64,000 bases of DNA from Macrostomum lignano (taxonomy: Eukaryota). The stretch covers positions 357,539 to 421,538 of the forward strand of contig NIVC01000875.1 of assembly GCA_002269645.1 (NCBI GenBank), written 5' to 3'. Below, in pieces: positions 61,715 to 64,000 of the stretch (the stretch's first letter is position 1; every line of letters starts with the position of its first letter). The notes beneath the pieces are model-generated. The model did not search any database. It saw only the letters and a list, made by a program, of their open reading frames with translations, and was not told where the DNA came from. Made by a program: the position numbers and the translations under genes.

Positions 61715-63040
61715 TCTCAGATCCTCAGTTGCTGGGTCAGCCTCCCAGATCCTCAGTTGCTTGGCCAGCCTCCCAGATCCTCAGTTGCTGGGCCAGCCTC
61801 CCAGAGTGTCAGTTTGCTGGGCCAGCCTCCCAGAGTGTCAGTTGTGGGCCAGCCTCCCAGATCCTCAGTTGCTGGGCCAGCCTCCAGAGTGTCAGTTGCT
61901 AGGCCACTCCAGAGTGTCAGTTGCTGGGCCAGCCTCCCAGATCCTCAGTTGCTGGGCCAGCCTCCCAGATCCCCAGTTGCTGGGCCAGCCTCCCAGATCC
62001 TCAGTTGCTGGGCCAGCCTCCCAGGTCCCAGTTGCTGGGCCAGCCTCCCAGATCCCCAGTTGCTGGGCCAGCCTCCCAGATCCCCAGTTGCTGGGCAGCT
62101 GGGCCAGCCTCCCAGATCCTCAGTAGCTGGGCCAGCCTCTCCCAGATCCCCAGTTGCTGGGCCAGCCTCCCAGATCCTCAGTTGCTGGGCCAGCCTCCAG
62201 ATCCCCAGTTGCTGGCCAGCCTCCAGATCCTCAGTTGCTGGGCCAGCCTCCCAGAGTGTCAGTTGCTGGGCCAGCCTCCAGAGTGTCAGTTGCTGGGCCA
62301 GCCTCCCAGAGTGTCAGTTGCTGGGCCAGCCTCCCAGATCCTCAGTTGCTGGGCCAGCCTCCCAGAGTGTCAGTTGCTAGGCAGCCTCCCAGAGTGTCAG
62401 TTGCTGGCCAGCCTCCCAGATCTCAGTTGCTGGGCCAGCCTCCCAGATCCCAGTTGCTGGGCCAGCCTCCCAGATCCTCAGTTGCTGGGCCAGCCTCCCA
62501 GGTCCCCAGTTGCTGGGCCAGCCTCCCAGATCCCCAGTTGCTGGGCCAGCCTCCCAGATCCCCAGTTGCTGGGCAGCTGGGCCAGCCTCCCAGATCCTCA
62601 GTAGCTGGGCCAGCCTCTCCCAGATCCCCAGTTGCTGGGCCAGCCTCCCAGATCCTCAGTTGCTGCTGGGCCAGCCTTCCAGATCCTCAGTTGCTGGGCC
62701 AGCCTTCCAGATTCTCAGTTGCTGGGCCAGCCTCCCAGATCCCCAGTTGCTGGGCGAGCCTCCCAGAGTGTCAGTTGCTGGGCCAGCCTCCGGATCCTCA
62801 GTTGCTGGGCCAGCCTCCCAGATCCCCAGTTGCTGGGCCAGCCTCCCAGATCCCCAGTTACTGCGCTGCCAGCCTCCCAGATCCCCAGTTGCTGCGCTGC
62901 CAGCCTCCCAGATCCCAGTTACTGCGCTGCCAGCCTCCCAGATCCTCAGTTGCTGGGCCAGCCTCCCAGAACCAGTTGCTGGGCCAGCCTCCCAGATCCC
63001 CAGTTGCTGGCGCAGCCTCCCAGATCCCCAGTTGCTGGGC
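61715..63040. repeat. ~27-29 bp minisatellite (cagttgctgggccagcctcccagatcct)n
   Basis: Tandem units with variants. Confidence 0.93.
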
Positions 63041-63414
63041 TACAGCACTCAAGATCACTGCAAGACCGGAGACCGCATCACCTTCCAGTTCTTCGCCTGG
63101 ACGCGGCAAGTCTGACGGACGGTATGTTCGGATACAAAATGGTATGAAAACAAATTCGTCATAATTTGTTCTCAAGACTTTGTTTTTTTAAGCCCGACTT
63201 CAATCGATTAAATCGCGCGCAATTATTGCAGGACAACACCTTTATTGACTGGAATCTCTACCTGAGTATGTTTGCTCCCATGCTGCCTTGCTGGCCTTGC
63301 ACCTGCTAATTAGCAGATTAGCGATGCGCTTCTGCAACGCCCAGGTACGAAAAAGGGTCAAAAAAGGTCATTCCAGTCGAAAGAAAAACACAATTTAGGT
63401 TTATTTTACTGAAA

Positions 63415-64000
63415 TACTGTGATATTTCGGGTTTATGATATTTCGGGTTTATGATATTTCGGGTTTGTGTGATATTTCGGGTTTATGATATTTCGGGTTT
63501 ATGATATTTCGGGTTTGTGTGATATTTCGGGTATTGTGATATTTCGGTTTATGGTATTTCGGGTTTGTGTGATATTTCGGGTTTATGATATTTCGGGTTT
63601 ATGATATTTCGGGTTTATGATATTTCGGGTTTATTGTATATTTCGGTTTATGATATTCGGGTTTGTGTGATATTTCGGGTTTATGATATTTCGGGTTTAT
63701 GATATTTCGGGTTTATGTGATATTTCGGGTTTATGATATTTCGGGTTTATGATATTTCGGGTTTATGATATTTCGGGGTTTGTGTGATTTCGGGTTTATG
63801 ATATTTCGGTTTATGATATTTCGGGTTTGTGTGATATTTCGGGTTTATGATATTTCGGGTTTATGATATTTCGGGTTTGTTGATATTTCAGGTTTGTGAT
63901 ATTTCGGCGTTTTGATATTTCAGGTTTTGATATTTCGGCGTTGTGATATTTCGGTTTGTGATATTTAGGGTTTGTGATATTTCGGGTTTGTGATATTTCG
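63415..64000. repeat. 16-18 bp minisatellite (gatatttcgggtttat)n, running off the window end
   Basis: Tandem units. Confidence 0.95.

Noticed and set aside
59160-63164. Long ORFs in the 59-63 kb repeats (HQETG, LLGQPP and similar)
   Set aside because: Minisatellite translations with frequent unit-length indels that shift frame.

Overview
Eukaryotic (animal, probably invertebrate) genomic DNA with spliceosomal GT-AG introns and very dense micro/minisatellites. A flatworm such as Macrostomum is a guess, not shown by the sequence. Most long entries in the ORF track are repeat artefacts. By hand-splicing I reconstruct: a partial ephrin gene (-), an ODF3/SHIPPO-repeat gene (+), a probable beta-propeller gene (-), a synaptotagmin-like tandem-C2 gene (-), two tandem caspase genes (+), two tRNA-derived CORE-type SINE copies and many tandem repeats. 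Two systems stand out. (1) A ~17 kb gene (39963->22712, -) for a ~5,170-aa secreted protein: signal peptide, F-type (fucose) lectin, two SUEL/rhamnose-binding lectin domains, then ~4,200 aa of acid-free Arg/Ala/Lys repeats in one 13.8 kb exon, broken by a single 1-nt deletion near 30546. (2) A phase-consistent 10-exon chain (49502->54103, +) that would fuse an N-myristoylation motif and about 8 ankyrin repeats to an intact caspase domain, followed by a tandem caspase paralogue.
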